A stretch of 64,000 bases of DNA from Eledone cirrhosa (lineage: Eukaryota), in contig OZ024745.1 of assembly GCA_964016885.1 (NCBI GenBank), positions 118,358,001 through 118,422,000 on the forward strand. Reading direction: 5' to 3'. Below, piece after piece: positions 12,295 to 23,566 of the stretch (its first letter is position 1; each line of letters starts with the position of its first letter). The notes under the pieces are model-generated. The model was not told the origin of the DNA. It did not search any database and saw only the letters and a list, made by a program, of their open reading frames with translations. The translations under genes and the position numbers were made by a program.

Positions 12295-12454
12295 ATCCCT
12301 AGATGTTAAAGAAACACCCCAAGATATATATACACAAGTAATTTGTAAATCAAGTCATAACACTAACAAGCTCATATACACATTTGCAACAACAGTTCAT
12401 TGCTAAGAATCTGAAATATGTAGCACAGAGAGCAAAATAAAGTTTTAACTTCAT

Positions 12455-12860
12455 AGATCCTGCAGCAGATATGGCTGAAATGGGATTCCTTAGCAGGGTC
12501 TTTGGAGTAACGTTACTCGATAAAGTGCATAGCTCAGAGATCAGAGAGTCACTCCAGGTAGAGCCACTACTTCTCTGAATTGAGAGATCACAGATCTGAT
12601 ATTATGGCCATGTTGTTAGAATGTCTCGGGGAAAGAATTGGTGGGCAGGTTTTATGGGCAAAACCAATCAGCAGGAGACCCAGGGGTAGACCAGAAGCAA
12701 GATGGTTTGGATAACTTCCATCATGACCTTGGCTGTCTCGCTTGGGGATCCAGTCAGATCAGTTGGAGACGGTTGCTTCTGACAGGACCCACTGGAAGGA
12801 GTGTTTGAGGACTCTGCCCCCACGACCCTCTTGGGAATAAGTGGGAGGAGGGGGGGGGGG
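12455..12860 (+). mobile_element. Older RTE-clade fragment of a different family (Rex3/Expander-like C-terminus)
   Basis: Translates as AEMGFLSRVFGVTLLDKVHSSEIRESLQVEPLLL*IERSQI*YYGHVVRM ... RRPRGRP. Confidence 0.75.
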
Positions 12861-13482
12861 GGTGAGTAAGGATGAGGATCGTGGACCAAGAACACAGGAA
12901 GTGTCCACTGCCGCAGGCTTGACCACAAATCTATCACAGAGTGGTTGATACTTTGACAGTTTTCCCTCTTCAGTCTGGAAAGCAGCAAAGCCTGAGCTGG
13001 TAGCAGAATGCACCAGATTGCTGCAGGAGTCACAACATGGGGAATCAAATTTCAAATTATCCACAAAATGTCAATGCATTTTGAATTAATCTACTCATAT
13101 TTGAAATGAATGCACTGTTATGGAAATTAGACAGGACAATTTAACTGTATACAAGTTTATATCTATTAAAAATAGCTATAAGCTATTATTCTCTCTAAGG
13201 ACAAAAAATGGGGATTTTCTGTTTTATTAATATGTAGGCTAGAAACCTGTTAGGTTGGTTCTAAAACCTCTGTCAAATACCTGTGGTATTTTAACTTTGT
13301 GGTTACACCACAGGTATCAGGTTAGAATTCTATATTCATCTAAATCATATAACCTACATTTCAATTAACTACTGCAAAACAACGTGTAATGATATATGTA
13401 TATTTGTGTGGGGATATTTATGTACATATGTATGTATACACATCAGTCTTATTGTGTATGTGACTATTCATATATATATATT

Positions 13483-14066
13483 GTCATGTGAGATGCATGA
13501 AAGACGACAGTTGTATAAAAAAGTGCAGGGCGATCAAAATTGATGGAAGTTACGGAGTCGGTAGACCCAGAAAAACCTGGAACATCATGATAAAATCCGA
13601 CCTTGCACACTTGCACCTCTCTAAAACAATGTCACTGGATCAAGATCTTTGGTGCCACAAAGTAATACAGAAGACCCGCCTTCCCTATGTACAAAGATAA
13701 ACCTACAGTCAGTAGGCACCTCTTAACCAAATATACACCCCAACCCACTACCCCTACTCCATCCTCCCACTCCCACCAACACCACGCTTTCTCTGTAAAA
13801 GCTACGTTGGCACCACAACATCCAGTCCAAACTAAAGAGGTTGTGTAGGTGTCAAGACAAAAAAAAAACACCCAGTCCACGCTGTAAAGTGGTCCTGTAG
13901 GAGACATGGAAAAAAGGCTCCCAGTCCACACTGTAAATGTGGTTGGTGTTAGGAAGGGCATCTAGCCGTAGAAAAACTGTCAGATAGTCCTATACGAGCG
14001 AGACACGGTCACCCGATCAATCTTGCCTCAAGTGGAACAACTCCCGTCTAATCCATGCTAGCATGG
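13483..14066 (+). mobile_element. RTE LINE 3' fragment, subfamily of the 30.5-33.3 kb copy
   Basis: MKDDSCIKKCRAIKIDGSYGVGRPRKTW...LHLSKTMSLDQDLW, followed by the 3' UTR. Confidence 0.88.
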
Positions 14067-14383
14067 ATATATTTCTTCCATGTACTGTACTGTTTGTTTT
14101 GTTATTTCTGTTCACCATTTACAGATATCCTTATATATATATATATCATCGTTATCATCATAACTGTTTAATGACTGCTTTTCCTGCTGATGTTAAATGA
14201 TGATGAATTTAATGATGATATACATATAAACACATGCAGGCACACACACACAGAAACATACTATCGCATACATAAAGAAGCAAGTAGCAACATACCAACA
14301 CCAACTTTCAAATGTTACTTATATATATATCAGTGTTTCCACTTTGTTGTAGATATTTTTGAACATTTGAAAATGGCATCACA

Positions 14384-14416
<33 letters not shown>

Positions 14417-15365
14417 AAAGTGTACCTGGCAGTGATTTTTCACGATAGACACAGTCAAATGTGACATCTTGTTTGTAACAAAGACTATTTATACCTTTGA
14501 TTCTGCACTCAGACAGAATGAAAAAAAAATACACAGATCACTGAGTGCTAATGCACTTTGTGCTGCTGATACAAGCTGTTCTCAGGCATTTTCTGTCATC
14601 TTAGATTCAATTTGGGGTTCTACAATCGTTGTCGTTGCCATCATTATCACCACCACCACTATCACCATCACCACCACCCTCATCACCATCAACATCATTT
14701 CTTTATGGTTACATTTTTTTGGTATTTTGTAAATATCAACAACCAAACAGATGACAACTTCAGCAAATATTCTGTTGGTTGCGAGACTCTTAAGTTTACA
14801 GTAGAGTTAGGAGTGTGAATTGTGGGTATGTGTGCCTCCTTTTCTTTCTTTTTCACTTTTTCACTATATCTTTATATGGTTTCAACTGTTTCCCTATGTT
14901 AGTAAGAATGTGCAAGGACAATCCATAGCTCTATTCCAGCTAACATTGCAGCAAATATATATACAATCTGTCTCATCTTTTTATTATGCTAAGCTCTTCA
15001 GAATTTCATAAATTGATTCTCTTAAATCTTTGGACTTCACCAATCACCATACTAGACCCACTTGCAAATAATATCAACCTTCAATGAAACTGATGAGTGT
15101 CAGTAGATCAATAAGTATTGATAGGATAGTAATTATGGTATGATCCTGTAACTTCCAATGGAGTCATAGGGGTGCTGCAGTGGCATACAGCATTTTTAGG
15201 ACATTTTAAGCCTGGCTGAGGCCATCCCTTTCCAGGTTTGAACAAAGCAAATTTCTTCCAAAGAAGGAGAGAAAGTGAGTGAGAGGAAGTGAGAAAGAAA
15301 TATAGAGGAAGAATCTAACCCAATACTAGACTGGATATATAGGATATGGAATAAAACTGCATTAA

Positions 15366-15587
15366 CCCTGTAGAATTTAAACAGACCACATCCGGCCAGA
15401 ATTCTCTCAGCCCCTTTCTGTTCAAACTGGCTGTAACCGGCCACTCATACTGATATTAAGGTATTGTTCTCAAAATAAATAATATCAAAATCTTGTAGAT
15501 TCAATATTATGTGAGATAATTATGTAAGGTAAAGCCTTTACCATGAAAATACAATAGTATATAGAGAGTAATGCAAATGTTAAAGGG
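15366..15587. mobile_element. piggyBac-type MITE (~220 bp)
   Basis: TTAA|CCCT ... AAAGGG|TTAA termini. Internal sequence is shared with five other copies in the window. Confidence 0.85.
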
Positions 15588-15807
15588 TTAAGGGAATCTA
15601 TTTCACATGTCCCCCTAGTTCTCATTTACATCTGTCAAATACAAAGTCTATTTTCTCTGTTAATTTGTATGTGTGTCCATAGATTAACTTGTATGCACCT
15701 TATGGAATTTTTACCTCTTTTCAACATACTCTAAGTCATTTCTTGCTTATTAAGATTTTTTGCCAGTTTACTTTGGAACTTTTGACTCTAGAACATTGCA
15801 TATATAT

Positions 15808-16196
15808 ATCATCACCATCATTCTTCAACGTCCATTTTTCCATGTTAGCATGAGGTAGACGAGTTGTCCTGTTATGAGACAAGCCAAATCAGGTGACTGT
15901 ATCATGCTCATAGAGAACTGATTTGGGCCTGGTTTCTATGCCGGATGCCCTTCCTTGTGCCAACCACATTTACAGTGCATACCGGGTACGTTTTATCGTG
16001 AAACCTACACAACATATATATCATCATCATCATCATCATCATTTTACGTCTGCTTTTCCCTGCTTGCAAGGGTGGGACGGGAACTGATTCTGGCTTGATT
16101 TCTACAGCTGGATGCCCTTCCTAACATCAACCTCATTTACAGTGAGTGCTGGGTGCTTTTTTTATCGTGGCACCTCTATGACCACTTTACAGTGGA
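15808..16196 (-). mobile_element. Two tandem RTE 3' UTR fragments
   Basis: Two (ATC)n tails, each followed by GGATGCCCTTCC-containing UTR sequence. Confidence 0.75.
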
Positions 16197-16224
16197 ATGA
16201 TAGGGACCCCAGTCCCTATCATCT

Positions 16225-16362
16225 CATTTCTACAGCTGAGTAAACTGGAGCAATTTGAAATAAAGTGTCTTGCTCAAGGAAACAACACATCACCCAGTCT
16301 GAGAATTGAATTCACAACCTTTCGATTGCAAGGCCAATGCTCTAACCACTATGCCATGTGTT
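16225..16362 (-). mobile_element. tRNA-derived SINE, family B (CORE-like)
   Basis: The minus strand reads TGGCATAGTGGTTAGA (A box), GTGAATTCAATTCTC (B-box-like), then TCCTTGAGCAAGACACTTTATTTCA. Confidence 0.75.
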
Positions 16363-16708
16363 TATATACATATATACACATACACACAATTATACTTATA
16401 AATGTATGTATGTATTATCTCTCTCTCTCTCTCTCTCTTTCTATATATATATATGAGAGAGAGCGGGGTGAGGGATAGATAAAATAGGTAACGTGCTAAT
16501 AGATATATAGATATACACAGTCAGAAAATGAGATAGATATACAAATAGATTAGAAATATAGATGCCTGGTTTGAATGTATAAAAGTTATAGAAAGAGGCA
16601 ATGATAAAAAGAAGCTGGAGAAAGCAAAGTTAATAAACCGACATCAGATTTAGAACATAAACTACCACCACAGTAGAAATCCGACCTATAGGAATTCTTT
16701 CCACTCAC

Positions 16709-16776
16709 AGTAAATTTGATTCTCTTCAGTCCTGCCAGCTTCTTGCTGCCTGCCAATTTCCTGAAAGACTGCCACC
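16709..16776 (-). other. Candidate internal exon
   Basis: Donor GTGAGT at 16708-16703. Acceptors CCCTTAG (68-nt exon) or CTTTCAG (52-nt exon starting at 16760). Frame (VAVFQ)EIGRQQEAGRTEENQIY is open. Confidence 0.3.
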
Positions 16777-17295
16777 CTAAGGGATATTTTATAGATTTTA
16801 ATACAAACATAAATCATTCCCAGACACTACTAGATTTGAAAGACATTTAGTGACCAAATTGGTCGTTATTCAACCAAATTCAATTTGGTTGTGTTTGATA
16901 ATTAATCTATTTTTCTTGTCTATCATTATTATTGTTGCAGTGCATAAATTAGTCTTGTTTTATAGCTTTATTCCTTAATAACCCTTTCCCTACTGCCACA
17001 GAATCTCATGCTTCTAGTATCAACATAACATGGCAAATATAAAAGCAATATATAGACAGAATATTTATAAAACATGCAGACACTCAATATGTCTGGTTGA
17101 TGTGTGTGTGTGTGTGTATATGTATATAATATATATATACATATATATATACATATGTATGTGTGTGTGTGTGTATATATATGTATATATATATATGTTT
17201 ATGTATATATATATATCATCATCATTATCATCATCACTGTATTATGTCCATTTTTCCATACTGGACATATATATATATATATAAAGAGAGAGAGA

Positions 17296-17606
17296 AAAGA
17301 TTGGGCTTACAATCAAAAGGTTGTGAGATCGATTCTCGGACCAGTTGATGCGTTGTGTCCTTCAGCAAAACACTTTATTTTACGTTGCTCCAGTTTACTC
17401 AGCTGTAGAAATGCATTGCAACATCACTGGTGCCAAACTGTATTGGCCATAGCCTTTCCCTTGGACATCATCGGTGGCGTGGAGCGGAGAGGCTGGCATG
17501 AATGGGCGACTGCTGGTCTTCCTCAAACAACCTTGCCGAGACTTGTGCCTTGGAGGGAAACTTTCTAGGTATAAATCACATGGTCATTTGTGACCAAAGA
17601 GGGTTT

Positions 17607-17608
<2 letters not shown>
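17296..17608 (+). mobile_element. SINE family B, long copy
   Basis: GAGATCGATTCTC B-box-like motif, GTGTCCTTCAGCAAAACACTTTATTT core, ends at (TA)n. Confidence 0.75.
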
Positions 17609-17652
<44 letters not shown>

Positions 17653-17654
<2 letters not shown>

Positions 17655-17842
17655 TAATTGTTTCTACTTTTGGCATAAGGCCAGCAATTATCCCAGTACA
17701 TAACTGGTACTTTATTTTATCAACCCCATAAGGATGAAAGGGCAAAAACCTTGGTGGAACATGAACTCAGATCATAAATGGCCGTAACTCTTGCTACAAA
17801 GCATGGTGTCCAACCTTCTACCGATACTGCCAATCCACCGCC
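17653..17842 (-). mobile_element. SINE family A
   Basis: Reverse complement of the element at 4505-4687. Confidence 0.85.
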
Positions 17843-18000
17843 CTATATATATTAATAATACTACACCTCTATACATACTGGAAACTATGCATCGAATGCA
17901 TATATATATATATCTAGGGATTGTAACATCCAGTTACTGCAGGTTCACCAGAGTGAGCATTCGATGCATAGTTTCCAGTATGTATATGTCAATATTTATT

Positions 18001-18100
18001 TATAAAACTAACCTATATTATATTTTATCTGATGAAAGCGCACCATAGTTTGCTCTGGTGGCCCTTGAAATATGTATAATGAAATAAATAGGGTTTTATA
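18001..18100 (+). ncRNA. Type I hammerhead ribozyme-like motif
   Basis: Stem I TATTTTAT/ATGAAATA, which can be extended. Core CTGATGA, stem II AAG..CACCA/TGGTG..CTT, GAAA, near-palindromic stem III, triplet ATA. Confidence 0.7.
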
Positions 18101-18715
18101 AATATAGTTTCCATTTGTTAATATATTGTATATTTACTCCAATAATTTGTTGAGTGCTTTATATCAGTTATAAAAATATTTAGCTTGTTGTATCCCAACA
18201 AATCAAATATAACCTCTACACATATATATATATATATATAAAAATGTTTATGTATGTTTACACTAAATATCTAAGTATGTTTACACTCTTCACAAATTAT
18301 CCCCTGTAACTATTTGATATACATACGTCATCTTACTTTTAATTTAATTTATTATAATATATATATATATATATTAGGTTTAATCAATACATATCAAATA
18401 TGTATAGATAATGTTTCTCAGTAAAATCTCAATAAAACTTTTGTTTAGAGCATCCATAATATAAAACAATTTAAAATGATACTTTGAGATATATCATTTG
18501 AGAAACTAACCAGGCTTTAATACATATATACATATAGAAACAAAAATAGATCTGTCTATGTTTGGATGGTCATATTTGGAAGTATGGCCATTTAAGTATA
18601 TCTTAATCCTTATGTGAGTAATGTTTTTATTTAACCTCTTAAATTGTATTTATTTATATATATATATATATATGAGGGTGTTAAAGTTTGCTTGAAGCAT
18701 TGTGAAATGTGTAAA

Positions 18716-19069
18716 ATACGTAGTTTAGAAAGCCACAACAATGCAGAGGGAAATCTCGAGGTAGGAAGTGAATGATAGATAGGAGAAATAGGAGAAAGTG
18801 AAAATTGAGAGAGACAAAGATGAAAACAAAACAAAGGTAGAAGGGTTACCGTAGTGGAGATTTAATCCCAATATTTCGGGCTCACGCCCATCAACGGGGG
18901 AAAGTTCCCCGAAATATTGGGATTAAATCTCCACTACGGTAACCCTTCTACCTTTGTTTTGTTTTCATCTTTGTCTCTCTCAATTTTCACTTTCTCCTAT
19001 TTCTCCTATCTATCATTCACTTCCTACCTCGAGATTTCCCTCTGCATTGTTGTGGCTTTCTAAACTACG

Positions 19070-19072
<3 letters not shown>
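18716..19072. repeat. Long perfect palindrome (165-bp arms, 27-nt spacer)
   Basis: 18716-18880 is the reverse complement of 18908-19072. The centre carries a degenerate hammerhead on the minus strand. Confidence 0.95.
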
Positions 19073-19102
<30 letters not shown>

Positions 19103-19168
19103 TATATCTTAATATTGTTTTAAATTATTTTATATTATATATACATACATACATATATATACATAATT

Positions 19169-19470
19169 ATCATCATCATCATCATCATCATCGTTTAATG
19201 CCCATATTCCACGCTTGCATGGGTTTGGACGGGAGTTTTCCCACTTGAAGCAAGAGTGGTTGTCTTGCTCGCATAGGACTGTCTGGCTGGTTTTCTACGG
19301 CTGGATGCCCTTCCTAACACCAACCACATTTACAGTGTGGAACTGGGAGGTTTTTACCATGTTACCTACACGGCCACATTACAGCGTGGACTGTGTGTTT
19401 TTTTGTCGTGACACCTACACGACCTCATTTGTTTCGGGCTGGATGTTGTGACACCAACATAACTTTACAT
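19169..19470 (-). mobile_element. RTE 3' UTR fragment
   Basis: Nearly identical to 30474-30776. Confidence 0.88.
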
Positions 19471-19806
19471 TGAAATTATATATATATATATATATATATA
19501 GATAGAGAGAGGGAAAAAAGGTGAAATTGGAAATAGCATGGAAAATATATTTAAGGGTCTGTTTCTCTTTTTTTTTTACCTTTCTTTGGTTCGTCAAAGT
19601 GACATTATTGAAAAAATGAGAAGGACAATTCTTTTAAAGAAGAGTTTTATAAAGTATATGAAGTATTACCAGTTTTGAAGTATTAGTAAAATTTATCTTA
19701 TCAAATGTTGAGTATTACAATTATAAACAATTAACAAAGATTAAAAATTAAAGATTTAAAATTAAGTGTTGAGGTAAGTTTTTTCATCTTCCTTGTTGAG
19801 AAGGAG

Positions 19807-19842
<36 letters not shown>

Positions 19843-20233
19843 TCCCCTCCTCATCATCATCATCATCATCACCATTTTACGTCCATTTTTTTCCACGCTA
19901 GCATGGGTTAGATATATATATATATATATAAATAAATACACACACACATATATGACCATTTTTACATCTCCTTTTCCATGGCTGGACGGGACCTTTTCAA
20001 GTAGTGTTTTTATAACAGAAATCCCTTCTTAGTGTGTATCCTTTTTGTTGTGTCTTGCAGCTAAAAGGATATGGTGTACCTATTCTTAAAACCGAGATAC
20101 TGTATATATGTATAATGTATGTAGTAAGAGAGAAGATAAAAAATATCATCGTGTGTGTAAATATGAAAGTGTTCATAGTATGGCAATTGGTAAGACTGCA
20201 GATCAGAAATACTTGATGCCTGAGTTCATATAG

Positions 20234-20338
20234 TAATTAGTAAAATCCCAACAGAGGGCCCACTTCCTTTCAACTCAGTCAGTTAGCTGACAGAAAAGCT
20301 GAAATGGAGAGGGCCCTCCTTTGGGATTTTACTAATTA
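20234..20338. repeat. Inverted repeat, ~28-bp arms
   Basis: TAATTAGTAAAATCCCAACAGAGGGCCC / GGGCCCTCCTTTGGGATTTTACTAATTA. Confidence 0.85.
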
Positions 20339-20557
20339 TCATCATCATCATCATTATCATTATTTAATATCAGCAAAGATTCGACAGCTCTTCACAGACC
20401 GAGTCAGTACTTAAGTGGTTCTTCTAACCCCACTAGGACCTGTATCTGCTACATTCTATTATGTATATGAATACATGTTGTAGCCTAAATAGTGAAGAGA
20501 AAGTAGAATAACAAAGCTGGAAAGAAGAGGAAAGGTGAGTTAATCAAATTTACTCAC

Positions 20558-20607
20558 CTTTGCTGTACAAACTCTTTTATTCATGTGTTTGAAAATTCCT
20601 CTAAATC
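20558..20607 (-). other. Candidate 50-nt internal exon
   Basis: Strong acceptor TTTTTTTTTTGTTTTTGCAG and consensus donor AAG|GTGAGT. Only one frame is open (FRGIFKHMNKRVCTAK). Confidence 0.45.
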
Positions 20608-20843
20608 CTGCAAAAACAAAAAAAAAATGTGATTATTTTTACATATATGTGTGTTTGTGTGTATGTAGACAATTTACCTCTCTGCACACACAAAATTGTA
20701 CCTTTATACAATAAAATTGAGTTTGATATCTAAAGAAAGATAACTCATAAACAACATTTATTAATTTTTGTCTATCTTTATATATGTTAAGTATTTCCCA
20801 AGAAAAAGCAAAGGAAAAAAAGAGTGCTATTTAATTAGAAATA

Positions 20844-20964
20844 GAACACCACAATATATAACAACTCCATAACCCCTCTATCTGATGAGCGAACTAGACA
20901 TATATTAATATTGTCTAGGGTCCTGAAACCTTTGGTAATGGAGTAGTTATATACTGTGTGGTTC
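20844..20964 (+). ncRNA. Type I hammerhead ribozyme-like motif
   Basis: Stem I CTCTAT/ATGGAG, core CTGATGA at 20882, stem II CTAGACA/TGTCTAG, GAAAC, stem III ACC-TTT-GGT, triplet GTA. Confidence 0.7.
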
Positions 20965-21111
20965 ATGCACACCCGAACTACACCGATGTCCTGTAATTCA
21001 GCACCGAAACATCATGAAAACTCCTTTCTCCTCCTCATCCTGTTCCGTCCTAACCACCATCCTAAACCTTGTTTTTAGTAACCACACAGCTCCTTTTGTT
21101 TCATAACTTTT

Positions 21112-21172
<61 letters not shown>

Positions 21173-21294
21173 AAATGTGTGAGATCCTTGGTACAGTTAG
21201 GTATATTTGAAAAAAGGAAAAGAATGACTTCACTTGTCGTTCTAAACAATTTGATTTAATTTTATAATATTATAATATTATGAGTTGGTAATAT

Positions 21295-21475
21295 TTGGCA
21301 GTATCGGTAGAGGGTCGGACGCCATGCTTTGATGCATAGAGTTACAGCGCTTGCCATTCTGAGTTCAAATCCTGCCGAGGTTAACTTTGCCTTTCATCCT
21401 TGCGGGGTCGATAAAATAAAGTACCAGTAATGCACTGGGTAATTGCTGGCCTTGTGCTAAAAGTAGAAACAATTA
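21295..21475 (+). mobile_element. SINE family A, enclosed by 67-bp inverted repeats
   Basis: A box TGGCAGTATCGG, B box GAGTTCAAATCC and the family core. Confidence 0.88.
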
Positions 21476-21791
21476 TAAAATTAAATCAAATTGTTTAGAA
21501 CTACAAGTGAAGTCATTCTTTTTCTTTTTTCAAATATATATATATTTGAAAAAAGGACAACACCCTCGGTGTTCGCAGAGCTACAGCTTCCTAAAATCGT
21601 ATTTCTTTTGAATTATGAAATTTCTATACATATTGTATAAAGCTATACTTGAAGTGAAATCCTATTTTTTCTATTATAAGTTGAGCCAACTTATGCAGCT
21701 TCATATGCAAATGAGATTAATTACCTCATTTACACAGACGAGAAAACTATATGTTCTCAGCTGTTTTCAAGTCCAGCAGTCACAGAGCTGT

Positions 21792-21851
21792 GGGAGGGAT
21801 CGTCCTGACGATGGCCAGTCAAGCCTGAAATGCATAGACAGTTGTCCCCCC
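21792..21851 (+). ncRNA. Minimal type I hammerhead ribozyme-like motif
   Basis: GTC-CTGACGA-T-GGC-CAGTCAA-GCC-T-GAAA-TGC-ATA-GAC, with palindromic stem III ATGCAT. Confidence 0.7.
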
Positions 21852-21991
21852 CTTGCTTCTGCTGGACAACACCAGAGGGCGTTAGCCCCTCCCCGGTGTT
21901 CGCATAGCTACGGCTTCCTAAAATCGTATTTCTTTTGAAATACGAAATTTCTATACATATTGTATATGCTTGAAGCAAAATCCTATTTCTT

Positions 21992-22051
<60 letters not shown>

Positions 22052-22412
22052 CAGTGTTCCTATTATTGGGTATAAACTTTACCAGAGAGTTTAAAGCTCG
22101 ATGCAATGGGGTTCACACAGAGCCGATATAAAAAGATTAAGAAGCATCAAAGAGTCAATATGATTTTAAACTAACACATGTTTCAGCTGATAGAGATTCA
22201 TCTCGAGGATGTGAACTTACAAAATCAGAATATATATATGTATATATAGTGTAGGTGGTACACATCACCAGTCTGAGGAGCAGATCGATACTGGAGTCGG
22301 GTCCATAACTCCTATGGGCCACCTTGAGCAAAACCTCTGCGAAATGCACGTAACAGGTTGATACGCAATAAATATTTTTCATATGTAAATGAAACTATAT
22401 ATATATATATAT

Positions 22413-23566
22413 TTCCTTGATGTTACTTTGAATCTCAATACAGATACGATTAAACCGTTCCATAAACTAAATGAGAACCTTAAATATGTAAATACGAGTT
22501 CTAACCATCCACTCTCTATAATTAAATCCATCCCTAGAAATGTTTCTCTTAGAATCTCCCGCCTGTCGTCCAACCAACAAACCTTCAAAGAACATGCCGA
22601 ATATTATGATGATGCACTTAGGAAAGCCGGACACCTAGATAATATAGAGTATATAGTCGAAGATCACCAAAACACCCAAAATAAATCCCATAGGAGTAGA
22701 AATAGCACAGAATCACCACCATACATACACTACCGCAATAGACACAATAATAGTCGCACACCACCAAACAGAAGGCGATGTAAAGAGTATATTTGGTACA
22801 ACCCGGTCTATAACAACTCTATTAAAACCAATCTACCCTCACAATTCTTTCGATTAGTTAAAAAACACTTTCCAACATCACATAAATATAATAAAATCTT
22901 AAACCCTAACACTATTCGACTTTCATATTCAACCGCCCCTAATATTGAACAACATATAAAAAAGCTTAACGCAAAACGGTTGTATAAACGCCTTCCAACA
23001 CATAACAATACACGTAAAACATTAGCTATAACATCACAAAACAACAAACAACATCCTGTCCTACATAAGCAACCTAATCAACCCATCCATGACAATACAA
23101 CAATGCAAAATTATAATTGCAACTGTGTCCAACCAGGAATGTGTCCGTTGAACAATCAGTGTCTTGAACGCAACATCGTATACAAATGTACTATCGAATC
23201 GGATAGACAGAAGTGGTACTATGTGGAATCTACAGCCACCTCCTTCAAATCACGCCTTTATAGACATCGTTACTCGATAAAACATGAAAACCAGCGTTAT
23301 GTAACAACACTCGCAGACAAGGCTTGGCAGCTGCGTGAAAATAACCAACAATTTCACCTAAAATGGGATATAATAGCGGCTTGCCCCCCCCCCCCCCCCC
23401 CCCCCCATATTCCCATGGACAGGAATTTTGTAAATTATGTAATGTAGAATTATTTTGTATTATGAAATCAAAAAACATTTTATTAAATAACAGAATAGAG
23501 CGATCGTTATACTGTAACCATCGCTTAAAATCTACATTTTCATATTATAAATACTACCAGGATTGA
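22413..23566 (+). pseudogene. Penelope-like RT thumb plus GIY-YIG endonuclease
   Basis: FLDVTL, YVNTSSNHP, IWYNPVY, KHFP, IRLSYS, CNC-x5-C-x5-C, IVYKC...YYVEST..FKSR..RH, CKLC..E, LNNR.E, CNH. The frame shifts in the poly-C run at ~23384-23406. Confidence 0.88.

Noticed and set aside
11939-12302. YIYI/VCVC-type ORFs here and at 9.7, 17, 24, 26-27 and 61 kb
   Set aside because: They are dinucleotide repeat translations.
22155-22230. Further hammerhead-like remnants (also ~12950, ~28960-29045 and 15090)
   Set aside because: The core is incomplete or the stems are missing, so they were not counted as ribozymes.
23384-23406. Poly-C run as a programmed frameshift site
   Set aside because: Long G/C homopolymers occur throughout the window (7723, 10263, 11654). 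Slippage or sequencing error is more likely.
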